Shown in pieces: positions 1-8,680 of a stretch of DNA of 64,000 nucleotides. Below the pieces are notes generated by a model that did no database searches, was not told the DNA's origin, and saw only the letters and a program-made list of their open reading frames with translations. The DNA lies in the NCBI GenBank assembly GCA_012727955.1, contig JAAYGB010000008.1, forward strand, positions 70,637 to 134,636, written 5' to 3'. The position numbers were made by a program, and so were the translations under genes. Origin of the DNA: Bacillota bacterium (GTDB lineage: Bacteria; Bacillota; Limnochordia; DTU087; JAAYGB01). The number at the start of each line of letters is the position of its first letter. Position 1 is the first letter of the stretch.

Positions 1-500
1 ACCAGGACCTTGCCAATATCATGCAGCAATGCGCCCATGGCAAGTTCATTGGCCATGGGAATATTAAGCCCCATCGCCAACCCGACGCTGACAGACATCA
101 CACAAACATTGACACTATGGGAGAAGGTATAGCTGTCAAAGGACATGATGCTACCCAAACCCGGCACTATATCGCGGTTTTTCACCACTTCCTCAACTAT
201 GGCCGCGGCCACGTCCTTGAGCTGACCAAAATCGATGGTTGCCCCAAGGCGAGCTGCCGAAAAGGCTTTGGCAACGGCAGCAGTCGCCTTGGCCTGAATC
301 TCCGGTGCTAGGACTTCACCTTCATAACTTTCTTCCGGATCTCCGATATAAACTGCCAAGTATCCAAGTTGAGCTAACCTACGGATATATGATTCCTGAA
401 GCACAACTCCCGTGGCCAAGAGCAATCCCCCGTCGGGACTGAACACCGGTCGAGCCAGCCGCATCCCAGGCTTCAGTTTGTCCACCCTTACTATGTGCAA
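1..500 (-). CDS. HD-GYP domain protein (c-di-GMP phosphodiesterase family), N-terminal part; C-terminus lies beyond window start
   Basis: Manual minus-strand translation from TTG at 500 gives MHIVRVDKLKPGMRLARPVFSPDGGLLLATGVVL...ELAMGALLHDIGKVL. The LLHDIGK motif and the DkLkpGm N-terminus are typical of HD-GYP proteins. RBS GAGGA lies 8 nt upstream of the TTG. Not in the ORF track because the stop codon lies beyond the window start. Confidence 0.6.
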   Translation of the reverse strand, partial: MHIVRVDKLKPGMRLARPVFSPDGGLLLATGVVLQESYIRRLAQLGYLAVYIGDPEESYEGEVLAPEIQAKATAAVAKAFSAARLGATIDFGQLKDVAAAIVEEVVKNRDIVPGLGSIMSFDSYTFSHSVNVCVMSVSVGLAMGLNIPMANELAMGALLHDIGKVL

Positions 501-513
501 TTACCATATCCTC

Positions 514-1236
514 CTACGTTTCGAATAACTGTAACTGAACCCTATCCACCGGAGCGAAGCTACGCCGATGTTCCGGTGTCGGCCCCAAATTGTCCAAAGC
601 AGCCAAATGCTCTTTGGTGCCATACCCCTTGTTGCGCTCAAACCCATAGCCAGGATACCTACGGGCCACTTCACACATGTAGTTATCCCTATGCACCTTG
701 GCCAAGATGGAAGCGGCAGAAATCGCAGCTACCCGAGCATCACCCTTAACCACACTTCTTTGCCGCCAGTTGATTCCAGGAATAACCATCCTGCCGTCAA
801 CAAGCACCAGACCTTCTGTGGCTGCGTTGGTCGGCACCGACAATCCCGCCAAGGCCCGGCGCATCGCCAGGAAGGTTGCCTGAAGAATATTCACTCGATC
901 GATCTCCCCAGCCGTAGCTTCCCCCAAGGACCAGGCCAAAGCCAGCTCCTTGATTTCCGCAGCCAATTGCTGCCGCCTTTGATGGGTAAGTTGCTTCGAG
1001 TCCCGCAGGCCCACAATGGGACGATCCGGCGATAGAACCACCGCCGCGGCCACTACCGGACCAGCCAAGGGCCCTCGCCCAGCTTCGTCGACTCCAACTA
1101 CACAGCTAACGCCAGCCCTGTTAAGCAACCAGTTCTGATAGCGGTACAACCGACGGTGCTGGAGTGTAAATTGTTCTGCTGAGTTCCTCCCCAAACACCG
1201 CAACTCCTTTCTATACCAAATAGTAAACTTTCTCAC
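514..1236 (-). CDS. rnhB: Ribonuclease HII
   Basis: [22 protein letters not shown] catalytic motif. Position downstream of rbgA as in B. subtilis. GTG start with AAGGAGGA 13 nt upstream; exact start uncertain. Confidence 0.85.
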   Translation of the reverse strand: MRKFTIWYRKELRCLGRNSAEQFTLQHRRLYRYQNWLLNRAGVSCVVGVDEAGRGPLAGPVVAAAVVLSPDRPIVGLRDSKQLTHQRRQQLAAEIKELALAWSLGEATAGEIDRVNILQATFLAMRRALAGLSVPTNAATEGLVLVDGRMVIPGINWRQRSVVKGDARVAAISAASILAKVHRDNYMCEVARRYPGYGFERNKGYGTKEHLAALDNLGPTPEHRRSFAPVDRVQLQLFET

Positions 1237-1261
1237 ATAATGCTAGGTATCCTCCTTAAAA

Positions 1262-1297
1262 CCAAAAAAAGGCACCCTGTTTTCAACAGGACGCCCT
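1262..1297 (-). terminator. Rho-independent terminator-like hairpin followed by T7 run (minus strand) between rbgA and rnhB, immediately 5' of the rnhB RBS
   Basis: Minus strand GGCGTCCTGTTgaaaACAGGGTGCC followed by TTTTTTTGG, seen directly in the sequence. Confidence 0.4.
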
Positions 1298-1335
1298 CTA
1301 CACAAATCAAGAGCATATTGAGTTTGGTTAAGGCC

Positions 1336-2187
1336 CTAGGGTTGGTCTAAGCTCATTGGACCCAGCTTGCCGCTGCGAAAATCCTGCAGGATCAGTCGAG
1401 CGGCCTTTTCAAAATCGACCCGGCCCCCCGACATCAATAATCCCCGTCTTCTCCCAATTGCTTCGATTACTTCCACGGCTGTCGGTGGCAATTCTTCCTT
1501 CAGCTTGTAGTAGGTGGGGAGAGTCTCAGGGTAGGCCTCGCAGAGGTATTCAACCAGCCTCACCGTCACTTGTTGCCAGTCAAAGACCTCATCGCTAACG
1601 GCTCCCGTCACCGCTAGCCCAAAGGCCACCTGTGGATCCTCGAACTTAGGCCATAGGATCCCAGGGGTGTCCAAGATCAGCATTTTATTGCCAACACGAA
1701 CCCACTGCTTACCCCGGGTAACACCGGCCTTGGCGCCTACCCTCGCCTTCGCCTTGCCTGCTAAGCGGTTGATCAACGATGACTTGCCGACGTTAGGAAC
1801 TCCCGCTACCAGAATCCGTAGGGGCCGAGGTTGCCGCCCCCTCTGTCTCATCCGGTTGGCTACCCCATCGGCAATCCTTTCCAGTAGAGCCCGCAGGGGT
1901 CTCGCCCCTTGGCCACTAGTGAGGTTAAGGGCAACAACATCCTGACCTTCCCGGCGCCAATGATCGAGCCACTCCTGAGTAATGCGCGGATCGGCCAAAT
2001 CGATTTTGGTCATCGCCAAGACCAGGGTCTTTTCGCCGATCAACCCTGGTAAATCGGGATTGCGACTGCTGTAGGGAATGCGGGCATCTACGACCTCTAC
2101 GACAACATCTACCACCTTCAGTTGTTCTGAAATTATCCTCTTGGTCTTAGCCATATGCCCGGGATACCATTGAATCAATGTCGTCAA
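1336..2187 (-). CDS. rbgA: Ribosome biogenesis GTPase A (YlqF)
   Basis: N-terminus MTTLIQWYPGHMAKTKRII..., circularly permuted GTPase motifs, synteny with rnhB. Confidence 0.85.
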   Translation of the reverse strand: MTTLIQWYPGHMAKTKRIISEQLKVVDVVVEVVDARIPYSSRNPDLPGLIGEKTLVLAMTKIDLADPRITQEWLDHWRREGQDVVALNLTSGQGARPLRALLERIADGVANRMRQRGRQPRPLRILVAGVPNVGKSSLINRLAGKAKARVGAKAGVTRGKQWVRVGNKMLILDTPGILWPKFEDPQVAFGLAVTGAVSDEVFDWQQVTVRLVEYLCEAYPETLPTYYKLKEELPPTAVEVIEAIGRRRGLLMSGGRVDFEKAARLILQDFRSGKLGPMSLDQP

Positions 2188-2247
2188 TTGTCGTCACCCT
2201 ATATCCGATATTCTTGTGCCAAACAGCTAGAAATAACTGAAATAAAC

Positions 2248-2808
2248 CTACTCCAGCTCCGTGAGCACCCGGGGAATCTGTAGAATTCCAATTTCCGCTA
2301 AGGGCCAATATCGCAGCAAAGCACGACCCACTAATAATTCCCGCGGAACCAATCCCACATCATCAAACCGGCTGTCATCGCTATTGGTGCGATTGTCACC
2401 TAAGACATAATAGTGTCCCTCAGGGATTTGTACCGGCATCGTGTCACGGTAGATGGCACCAAAGGTTGGTCCGTTAATGTAGGTTTCCTCTAGCCGTTCC
2501 CCATTGACATAGACGTATCCCTGTTTGATGAGGACCTGATCTCCCGGAACGCCAATAATCCGTTTGATAAACTTGCGTCTGGGATCGCTGGGGTACCTAA
2601 ATACCACGATTTCCCCCCGCTTTGGCTCCCGAAATCGCCAAGTCAACTTATCGACCAGAAGTCGTTCACCATCATGCAGTGTTGGGACCATCGATGACCC
2701 CTGTACCAAAAAGGACTGGGCGATAAAAGTGATGATGAATAACGCGAGAACAACGGCAATCACTAAGGCTTCAACATACTCCCGAATTTCGGATTTTAGT
2801 CCCCCCAC
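2248..2808 (-). CDS. lepB: Signal peptidase I
   Basis: SSMVPTL and GDNRTNSDDSR signature motifs. GTG start preceded by GGGAGGTG. Confidence 0.85.
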   Translation of the reverse strand: MGGLKSEIREYVEALVIAVVLALFIITFIAQSFLVQGSSMVPTLHDGERLLVDKLTWRFREPKRGEIVVFRYPSDPRRKFIKRIIGVPGDQVLIKQGYVYVNGERLEETYINGPTFGAIYRDTMPVQIPEGHYYVLGDNRTNSDDSRFDDVGLVPRELLVGRALLRYWPLAEIGILQIPRVLTELE

Positions 2809-2850
2809 TAATTCACCTCCCTAGTTCATGCGAGAATTGCGCTAGGCAAT

Positions 2851-2881
2851 AAGAGAAAAAGGGACCGGTCAAAGTCCCTTT
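2851..2881 (-). terminator. Rho-independent terminator after rplS (minus strand)
   Basis: Minus strand AAAGGGACtttgaccgGTCCCTTT followed by TTCTCTTATT. Confidence 0.5.
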
Positions 2882-2912
2882 CCCACTACCGGACAAATAA
2901 AGGAGCTTCAGT

Positions 2913-3269
2913 TTAGTAAATGCTTCGCTCTTTGATCCTGGCAGCTCTTCCTCTACGTTGCCGTAGGTAATACAATTTTGCTCTGCGTACCTTACCCCGA
3001 CGAGTTACTACAATCTCTGCGATTCTCCGGGAGTGAACAGGGAAAGTCCGCTCGACACCAATACCCTGGGAAATCTTACGCACAGTAAAGGTCTCCCGAA
3101 TGCCACTACCGGAGCGGGCGATCACTACACCCTCAAAGATTTGAATCCGTTCCCGTTCACCTTCTACAACTCTGACGTGAACCTGAACTGTATCTCCTGG
3201 ACGAAAATCAGGAATGTCAGTGCGCATCTGCTCCTGCTCTAGGGTGCGGATAATGTCCATTGACTTCAA
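2913..3269 (-). CDS. rplS: 50S ribosomal protein L19
   Basis: Strong similarity across the whole protein ([11 protein letters not shown]...[14 protein letters not shown]). Confidence 0.95.
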   Translation of the reverse strand: MKSMDIIRTLEQEQMRTDIPDFRPGDTVQVHVRVVEGERERIQIFEGVVIARSGSGIRETFTVRKISQGIGVERTFPVHSRRIAEIVVTRRGKVRRAKLYYLRQRRGRAARIKERSIY

Positions 3270-3306
3270 AACCTCCTCTCGAAAGTCGATCTTCTGCTAT
3301 CGAAAC

Positions 3307-4062
3307 TCAATCCTCTATTTTTCCTTCGCTAAACTCAGCGATCCAGCGCAAGTCCTGTTCAGACAGCTGCGCCTTGGCCTTCTCTAACAAATCTGGCCGA
3401 CGTTGCCATGTCCTCAGCAGCGACATTTTCCGCCGCCACCGTCTAATCTTCTCATGGTGTCCCGAAAGCAACACTTCCGGAACCTCTAGTCCATGAAAGA
3501 CCCGAGGTCTGGTGTATTGGGGGTACTCTAACAACCCATCATAGAGACTATCCTCCCGGGCACTGGCAGGGTCCAAGACCCCTGGCAACAATCGAGTCAC
3601 TGCATCGACAACAACCATTGCCGGCAACTCGCCTCCGGTGAGAACAAAGTCTCCAATCGAAATCTCATCGGTAACCCATTGGCGGATACGTTCGTCAAAC
3701 CCTTCGTAGTGACCACAGATTAGGGTCATCTGAGGGAGAGTAGCCAGCGATTTGGCCATCTCTTGGTCAAAGAGCTTGCCCTGTGGGCTGAGCAGATAGA
3801 TGGGACCACCCTTGCCTAAGGCCTCAGTCACCGCTTCCTCTACCGCCGCCAGCGCCCGATACATGGGCTCGGGCTTGAGGACCATACCCGCTCCACCCCC
3901 AAAGGGTGTATCGTCAACCTGGCGGTGCTTGTCGGTAGCATAGTCCCTGATATTCCACAGCCGGATATCAACCAAGCCGGCTTCCTGAGCTCTTTTCAAG
4001 ATGCTTTCCGAAAAGGGACCGGTAAACATATCCGGAAACAACGTTAGAATATCAATCCGCAC
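3307..4062 (-). CDS. trmD: tRNA (guanine37-N1)-methyltransferase
   Basis: [12 protein letters not shown]-terminus and SPOUT fold motifs. Start chosen at GTG 4062 (GGGGTGG RBS, N-terminus aligns with homologs). ORF-track ATG at 4095 has no RBS and overlaps rimM. Confidence 0.85.
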   Translation of the reverse strand: MRIDILTLFPDMFTGPFSESILKRAQEAGLVDIRLWNIRDYATDKHRQVDDTPFGGGAGMVLKPEPMYRALAAVEEAVTEALGKGGPIYLLSPQGKLFDQEMAKSLATLPQMTLICGHYEGFDERIRQWVTDEISIGDFVLTGGELPAMVVVDAVTRLLPGVLDPASAREDSLYDGLLEYPQYTRPRVFHGLEVPEVLLSGHHEKIRRWRRKMSLLRTWQRRPDLLEKAKAQLSEQDLRWIAEFSEGKIED

Positions 4063-4081
4063 CGACGCCACCCCATATACC

Positions 4082-4618
4082 CTACTCTTCGTCATCTAAT
4101 AGACCGGGCAATAGTTGAACGACCATCCGCCCTGATTCCACATCAATTTCCTTGACCACATCTTTAATGGCCGGCAGCAAAATCTGCCTGGCTGCCTCAG
4201 TTGGAGACTGAACCACATAGACATCATTGGCTCCAGGCTGCAACACGTCCTTGACTGTCCCTAGTTCTCGACCATCCACCGTTACAACCTTAAGACCAAT
4301 CAAGTCGAAAATATAATAGTGTCCCGGGGGTAGGGATACCAACTCTTCCCTCGTGACCAAAAGGTCACTTCCCCGCAATGCTTCCGCCGCCTCCATACTG
4401 TCAATATCCACCAGCTTCAGGAGCACAAAATTGTTCTGATGCCTGGCTTGAGCAATCTGATATCGTCTTGGCTCCCGATTGGGCGGACGGACAATGACGG
4501 ATTCCATCTCGAGGAACCGATCGGGAAATTGAGTGGAGGGCTCAACCTTTACCTCACCCCGTACGCCATGGGGGCGGACTATCCGTCCGATGTCAAACAG
4601 CTCAGTTCTTGATGTCAC
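4082..4618 (-). CDS. rimM: 16S rRNA processing protein RimM
   Basis: RimM N-terminal beta-barrel plus PRC domain pattern. Operon position between rpsP and trmD. Confidence 0.85.
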   Translation of the reverse strand: MTSRTELFDIGRIVRPHGVRGEVKVEPSTQFPDRFLEMESVIVRPPNREPRRYQIAQARHQNNFVLLKLVDIDSMEAAEALRGSDLLVTREELVSLPPGHYYIFDLIGLKVVTVDGRELGTVKDVLQPGANDVYVVQSPTEAARQILLPAIKDVVKEIDVESGRMVVQLLPGLLDDEE

Positions 4619-4648
4619 CTAAAGCTCCACTCCCCAGACGTTCTGCGG

Positions 4649-5059
4649 TTAGCCTTGACGCAGTTCAACTACTACACCATCTTTTGTCAGAATCTCCTGT
4701 CTCAGCAACTGTTCTAAGGAGGTTCCGACCTCGAGCCGGACGATGCGCTGCAGGGTGCCTCGGGTAATCTCGTCGCCGAGATTAAGGGCTTCTATCTCCC
4801 TCAGTCGAGCCTGAGCTCGTTCCTTGGCCTGTTGGCGCTTCTCCCTCTCCTCATCTAGTTGCAGTCGAACATCCATGGCCCGCTTGAGATTCTGTTTTTC
4901 CAGATCCGGTAGCATGCGTTTGGCTTGGAACTCCAGCTGCTGTAGTTCGATGTCTAGCTGTCCAATGCTACGGCGAGCTTCTTTAACTAGTTCTTCCTTA
5001 AGTCTTTCAGTAACAACGGACTTCCAAGTAATCGGTAGATTCACTGTAATGTGGTCCAC
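4649..5059 (-). CDS. ylqD: YlqD-like protein, coiled-coil
   Basis: Position between the KH protein and rimM as in B. subtilis ylqC-ylqD-rimM. Coiled-coil charged sequence. Start set at GTG 5059 (GGGGGG RBS), because the ORF-track start overlaps the upstream gene by 80 nt. Confidence 0.55.
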   Translation of the reverse strand: MDHITVNLPITWKSVVTERLKEELVKEARRSIGQLDIELQQLEFQAKRMLPDLEKQNLKRAMDVRLQLDEEREKRQQAKERAQARLREIEALNLGDEITRGTLQRIVRLEVGTSLEQLLRQEILTKDGVVVELRQG

Positions 5060-5096
5060 CAAATCCCCCCTGACACCGCCAAAAATCACCGGAGCA

Positions 5097-5327
5097 TCAG
5101 TCGATGATCTCAACGTGGACCATCTTTCCTTCTTTGGTTGCTGCGGCTTTGACGACGGTCCGAATGGCTCGGGCAATCCGGCCTCTCTTGCCGATCACTT
5201 TCCCCATGTCTTCCTCTGCCACTCGTAACTCGATGATCAGGGATTTTTCACCTTCAACTTGACTAACCTGAACATCCTCTGGTTGATCAACCAGTGACTT
5301 AACCATGAACTCAACAAGCTCTCGCAT
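5097..5327 (-). CDS. khpA: KH-domain RNA-binding protein (YlqC/KhpA family)
   Basis: 76-aa KH fold with GKVIGKRGRIARAIRTV motif, immediately downstream of rpsP. Confidence 0.8.
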   Translation of the reverse strand: MRELVEFMVKSLVDQPEDVQVSQVEGEKSLIIELRVAEEDMGKVIGKRGRIARAIRTVVKAAATKEGKMVHVEIID

Positions 5328-5348
5328 CTAGCTTACCCCCTGCTGCAC

Positions 5349-5615
5349 CTACTTGCGAGATGCAGTAAACTTCTTCATGATCCCGACTCGAGTAAGCAGT
5401 TGTTTGGCACTGTCGGACGGCTGAGCACCCTTGCGCAACCAATCCAAGGTCTTATCCTCATCTATCTGAATCTCTGCCGGTTCGGCAATCGGATTGTAGT
5501 ATCCCAACTGCTCGATAAAGGCACCATCCCTGGCAGCCCTGGAGTCGGCAACTACCAACCGGTAAAAGGGGCGTTTCTTGGCACCCATACGGCGCAATCG
5601 AATTCGTACTGCCAT
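5349..5615 (-). CDS. rpsP: 30S ribosomal protein S16
   Basis: [31 protein letters not shown]. Start at ATG 5615 with AGGAGGTG 6 nt upstream. The ORF-track start is a GTG lying inside that RBS. Confidence 0.95.
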   Translation of the reverse strand: MAVRIRLRRMGAKKRPFYRLVVADSRAARDGAFIEQLGYYNPIAEPAEIQIDEDKTLDWLRKGAQPSDSAKQLLTRVGIMKKFTASRK

Positions 5616-5718
5616 CTGTGTCACCTCCTCTAAGTCTATTATTGGAAAAATCCACCAAACACCATTTGTGTATAATTAACGGTTAGGTACCGTTAATCTC
5701 CTAGCGTAACCCTTCGGG

Positions 5719-7065
5719 TTAGTTGAACATCCGGAAAAGCCCTTTCCGCTTGCGGCTAGTTCTCTCCATAGCTCCCAGTTGCTTCATCATCTGTTTTGTA
5801 TCTCGGAATTGCTTCAGCAAGCGGTTGATGTCCTGAACTCGAGTTCCACTGCCGGCAGCGATTCGCCGTTTCCGGCTGCGATCAATCATTCCCGGATTTC
5901 TTCGCTCCTGGGGAGTCATTGAGTAAATGATGGCCTCGATTCGCTTGAAATGACTCTCATCAAGCTCCAAGCCCTTTAGTCCCTTCACCTGGGACATGCC
6001 GGGAATCATTTCCATGATCTGCTCCAAGGGACCCATATTCTGCACTTGCTTCATCTGCTCGAGGAAATCATCGAAGGTAAACTCTGCCTTTCGGAACCTT
6101 TCGGCCATTTCCTTGGCCTTGGCTTCATCGATGGCCGATTCTGCCCTTTCTATCAGGCTAAGCACGTCGCCCATTCCCAAAATACGCGAGGCAATCCGAT
6201 CAGGGTGAAAGGGCTCCAATCCATCGATTTTTTCGCTCATTCCTGCATACTTGATGGGCTTACCGGTCACCGCCCGAATGGACAGTGCTGCTCCCCCTCG
6301 GGCGTCACCATCCATCTTGGTCAAGATGACACCATCGATATCAAGGCGATTGTCGAATTCCTGGGCTACATTCACTGCCTCCTGACCAATCATCGCATCA
6401 ACAACGAGTAGAATTTGATCAGGCTCAGTGGCCGCCTTGATCTCCTCCAACTCCTGCATCATATCTTCGTCAACTTGAATCATACCAGCCGTATCTATCA
6501 GGACTACATCATTGCCGTGGGTACGGGCATGCTCGACACCGGCCTTGACAATATCAACGGGACTTAGCTTGTCGCCCATTTGGAAAACCGGAGCCTCTAC
6601 CTGCTCCCCCAGCACCATCAATTGCTTGATGGCTGCTGGACGATACACGTCGGCCGCAACCAGCAGTGGCCGATGGCCCTGTTTCTTCAGCTGGTAGGCC
6701 AGCTTCGCGGCAGCAGTGGTCTTTCCTGCTCCCTGCAATCCCACCAACAACACCTTACTGGGCCCTCGACTGGATAACTCCAACCGACTGTGGGAACCTC
6801 CCATTAGTTCCGTCAGCTCATCCCGGACGATCTTGATGACCTGCTGAGCCGGAGACAGACTGGACAACACTTCCTGCCCCACAGCCCGTTCCTGGACCCG
6901 ATTGACAAAATCCCTAACAACCTTGTAGTTTACATCGGCTTCTAAGAGGGCCAATCGCACTTCCCGCAGGGCGGTCTTGACGTCTTTTTCACTTAGCTTG
7001 CCACGATCCTTCAGACCATCTAGGGCATTTTGCAGCTTTTCCGCCAGATTACCAAATATCGCCAT
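5719..7065 (-). CDS. ffh: Signal recognition particle protein Ffh
   Basis: NG domain GLQGAGKTT and DTAGR motifs, Met-rich M domain. Start at ATG 7065 (MAIFGNLAEKLQ) with GGGAGGA RBS. Confidence 0.95.
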   Translation of the reverse strand: MAIFGNLAEKLQNALDGLKDRGKLSEKDVKTALREVRLALLEADVNYKVVRDFVNRVQERAVGQEVLSSLSPAQQVIKIVRDELTELMGGSHSRLELSSRGPSKVLLVGLQGAGKTTAAAKLAYQLKKQGHRPLLVAADVYRPAAIKQLMVLGEQVEAPVFQMGDKLSPVDIVKAGVEHARTHGNDVVLIDTAGMIQVDEDMMQELEEIKAATEPDQILLVVDAMIGQEAVNVAQEFDNRLDIDGVILTKMDGDARGGAALSIRAVTGKPIKYAGMSEKIDGLEPFHPDRIASRILGMGDVLSLIERAESAIDEAKAKEMAERFRKAEFTFDDFLEQMKQVQNMGPLEQIMEMIPGMSQVKGLKGLELDESHFKRIEAIIYSMTPQERRNPGMIDRSRKRRIAAGSGTRVQDINRLLKQFRDTKQMMKQLGAMERTSRKRKGLFRMFN

Positions 7066-7107
7066 GGTCACCGTCCTCCCATAGGCCAGCCTGTACACCA
7101 AACAACC

Positions 7108-7455
7108 CTATTTCAGCTTGCTTAGATAGCTCAGCGCTCGGCGTATTTGCTCCGAACCGGGTTGATCACCCATTAGATCGAGGCTTTCTCGCAGCTGCTC
7201 TTCTACTATGGCCACAATTTCCTGCTCTTCCCGATAACGCCGAATCAAGCCGAGCTTATCTTCCATTTCCCGGAGCGACCGTTCAGCGCGATGGACCAAA
7301 TCATAGACACCTTGGCGACTGATCTGCAGTTGCTGGGCAATTTCACCCAAAGATAGATCCTCTTCGTGGTATAGTTCGAAGACCTTTTGTTGACGCTCGG
7401 TCAAAATCGCGCCATAGAAATCGAAGAGCAAATTTTTCTCTGTCAAATTATCCAT
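7108..7455 (-). CDS. ylxM: UPF0122 helix-turn-helix protein YlxM
   Basis: NLLFDFYGAILTERQ motif, position between ftsY and ffh. Start ATG 7455 with AGAGGT RBS. Confidence 0.8.
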   Translation of the reverse strand: MDNLTEKNLLFDFYGAILTERQQKVFELYHEEDLSLGEIAQQLQISRQGVYDLVHRAERSLREMEDKLGLIRRYREEQEIVAIVEEQLRESLDLMGDQPGSEQIRRALSYLSKLK

Positions 7456-7544
7456 GAGAAACAACCTCTGTTAAGCAGAATTGCTTGACAGAGGTTAGTA
7501 TACCCAAGCCATCATCGATTGTCAACTAGTTTTCTTGCTTGCCG

Positions 7545-8657
7545 CTAATCTTCCGTGGCAAAAAGGGCATCGACAAAATCCTCAGCCACAAAATCCCGCA
7601 GATCATTGTATCCTTCGCCGATGCCAATCAACTTGATAGGTAGTCCCAGCTCATGGGCAATGGCCACGACAATCCCGCCCTTGGCAGTGCTATCGAGTTT
7701 GGTCAAGGCAACGGCACTGACGGGAGTCGCTTCACTAAAGACCCGAGCTTGGGACAGAGCGTTTTGACCGGTGGTGGCGTCTACAGTCAAGATCACCTCA
7801 TCTGCAGGCCGACCCAACTCCCGCTCCACCACGCGATACACCTTTGACAGCTCTTTCATCAAGTTGGTTTTGTTCTGCAAACGTCCTGCGGTGTCGATAA
7901 TGATCACATCGGCTCCCCGGGCTCTGCCAGCCTGAATGGTGTCAAAGGCCACGGCCGCGGGATCAGAGCCCTCTTGGTGTCGGATCATATCGGCACCGGC
8001 CCGGTTGGCCCACACCTCCAACTGATCGATGGCTGCCGCTCGGAAGGTGTCCCCGGCACCGAGCAAGACCTTCTTGCCCTGCTGTGTATATCGATAGGCT
8101 AGCTTACCGATGGTTGTGGTCTTGCCAGCGCCATTCACTCCCACCACCACATAAACCGTTGGCGAGTCCTCCCGCAGAGCCAATTGTCCCGAATTAGCCG
8201 TCAAGATCTCACCGATTAGCTCTGCCAAGACGGGTCTCAACTCGTCGGCACGCTTAAGCCCCCGCTCCTTAATGGCCGTCCGAAGCTCGTCCATCAAGTA
8301 CAAAGTAGTGGACACCCCGATATCCGCCTGAACCAATAATCCTTCCAGCTCTTCCAAGATATCCTCATCGATTTCACTTCGGGTCAGCACCTGATCTACT
8401 CGACTGACAAAACCACTGCGGGTCTTGGCTAGACCTTGCTTCAGGCGGGCAAATAGTCCCCTACCGCCCCCATTGGGAGAAGACTCGTCGTCGGAGGTCT
8501 TAGCCTCGTCAGCACCGGATTTTCCGGGGGTAACTTCCTCTTGCTGAATCTCCTCTTTCTCGGCGATCTCCCGCTGGTTCTCTACCGACTGCTCCTTGGT
8601 TAGTTTTTCTTCCCTTTCGGCAGCACCCTTGCGCCGAAACAGGTTGCGCAATACCAT
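7545..8657 (-). CDS. ftsY: Signal recognition particle receptor FtsY
   Basis: Acidic N-terminal domain, then NG domain GVNGAGKTTT, DTAGR, TKLD. Confidence 0.9.
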   Translation of the reverse strand: MVLRNLFRRKGAAEREEKLTKEQSVENQREIAEKEEIQQEEVTPGKSGADEAKTSDDESSPNGGGRGLFARLKQGLAKTRSGFVSRVDQVLTRSEIDEDILEELEGLLVQADIGVSTTLYLMDELRTAIKERGLKRADELRPVLAELIGEILTANSGQLALREDSPTVYVVVGVNGAGKTTTIGKLAYRYTQQGKKVLLGAGDTFRAAAIDQLEVWANRAGADMIRHQEGSDPAAVAFDTIQAGRARGADVIIIDTAGRLQNKTNLMKELSKVYRVVERELGRPADEVILTVDATTGQNALSQARVFSEATPVSAVALTKLDSTAKGGIVVAIAHELGLPIKLIGIGEGYNDLRDFVAEDFVDALFATED

Positions 8658-8680
8658 CCTTTCCTGCCTCCCTTGCTGTC

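Noticed and set aside
21-311. Plus-strand 96-aa ORF at window start
   Set aside because: It is antisense to a much better supported minus-strand HD-GYP gene (LLHDIGK motif, RBS). It has no RBS and no recognisable motif.
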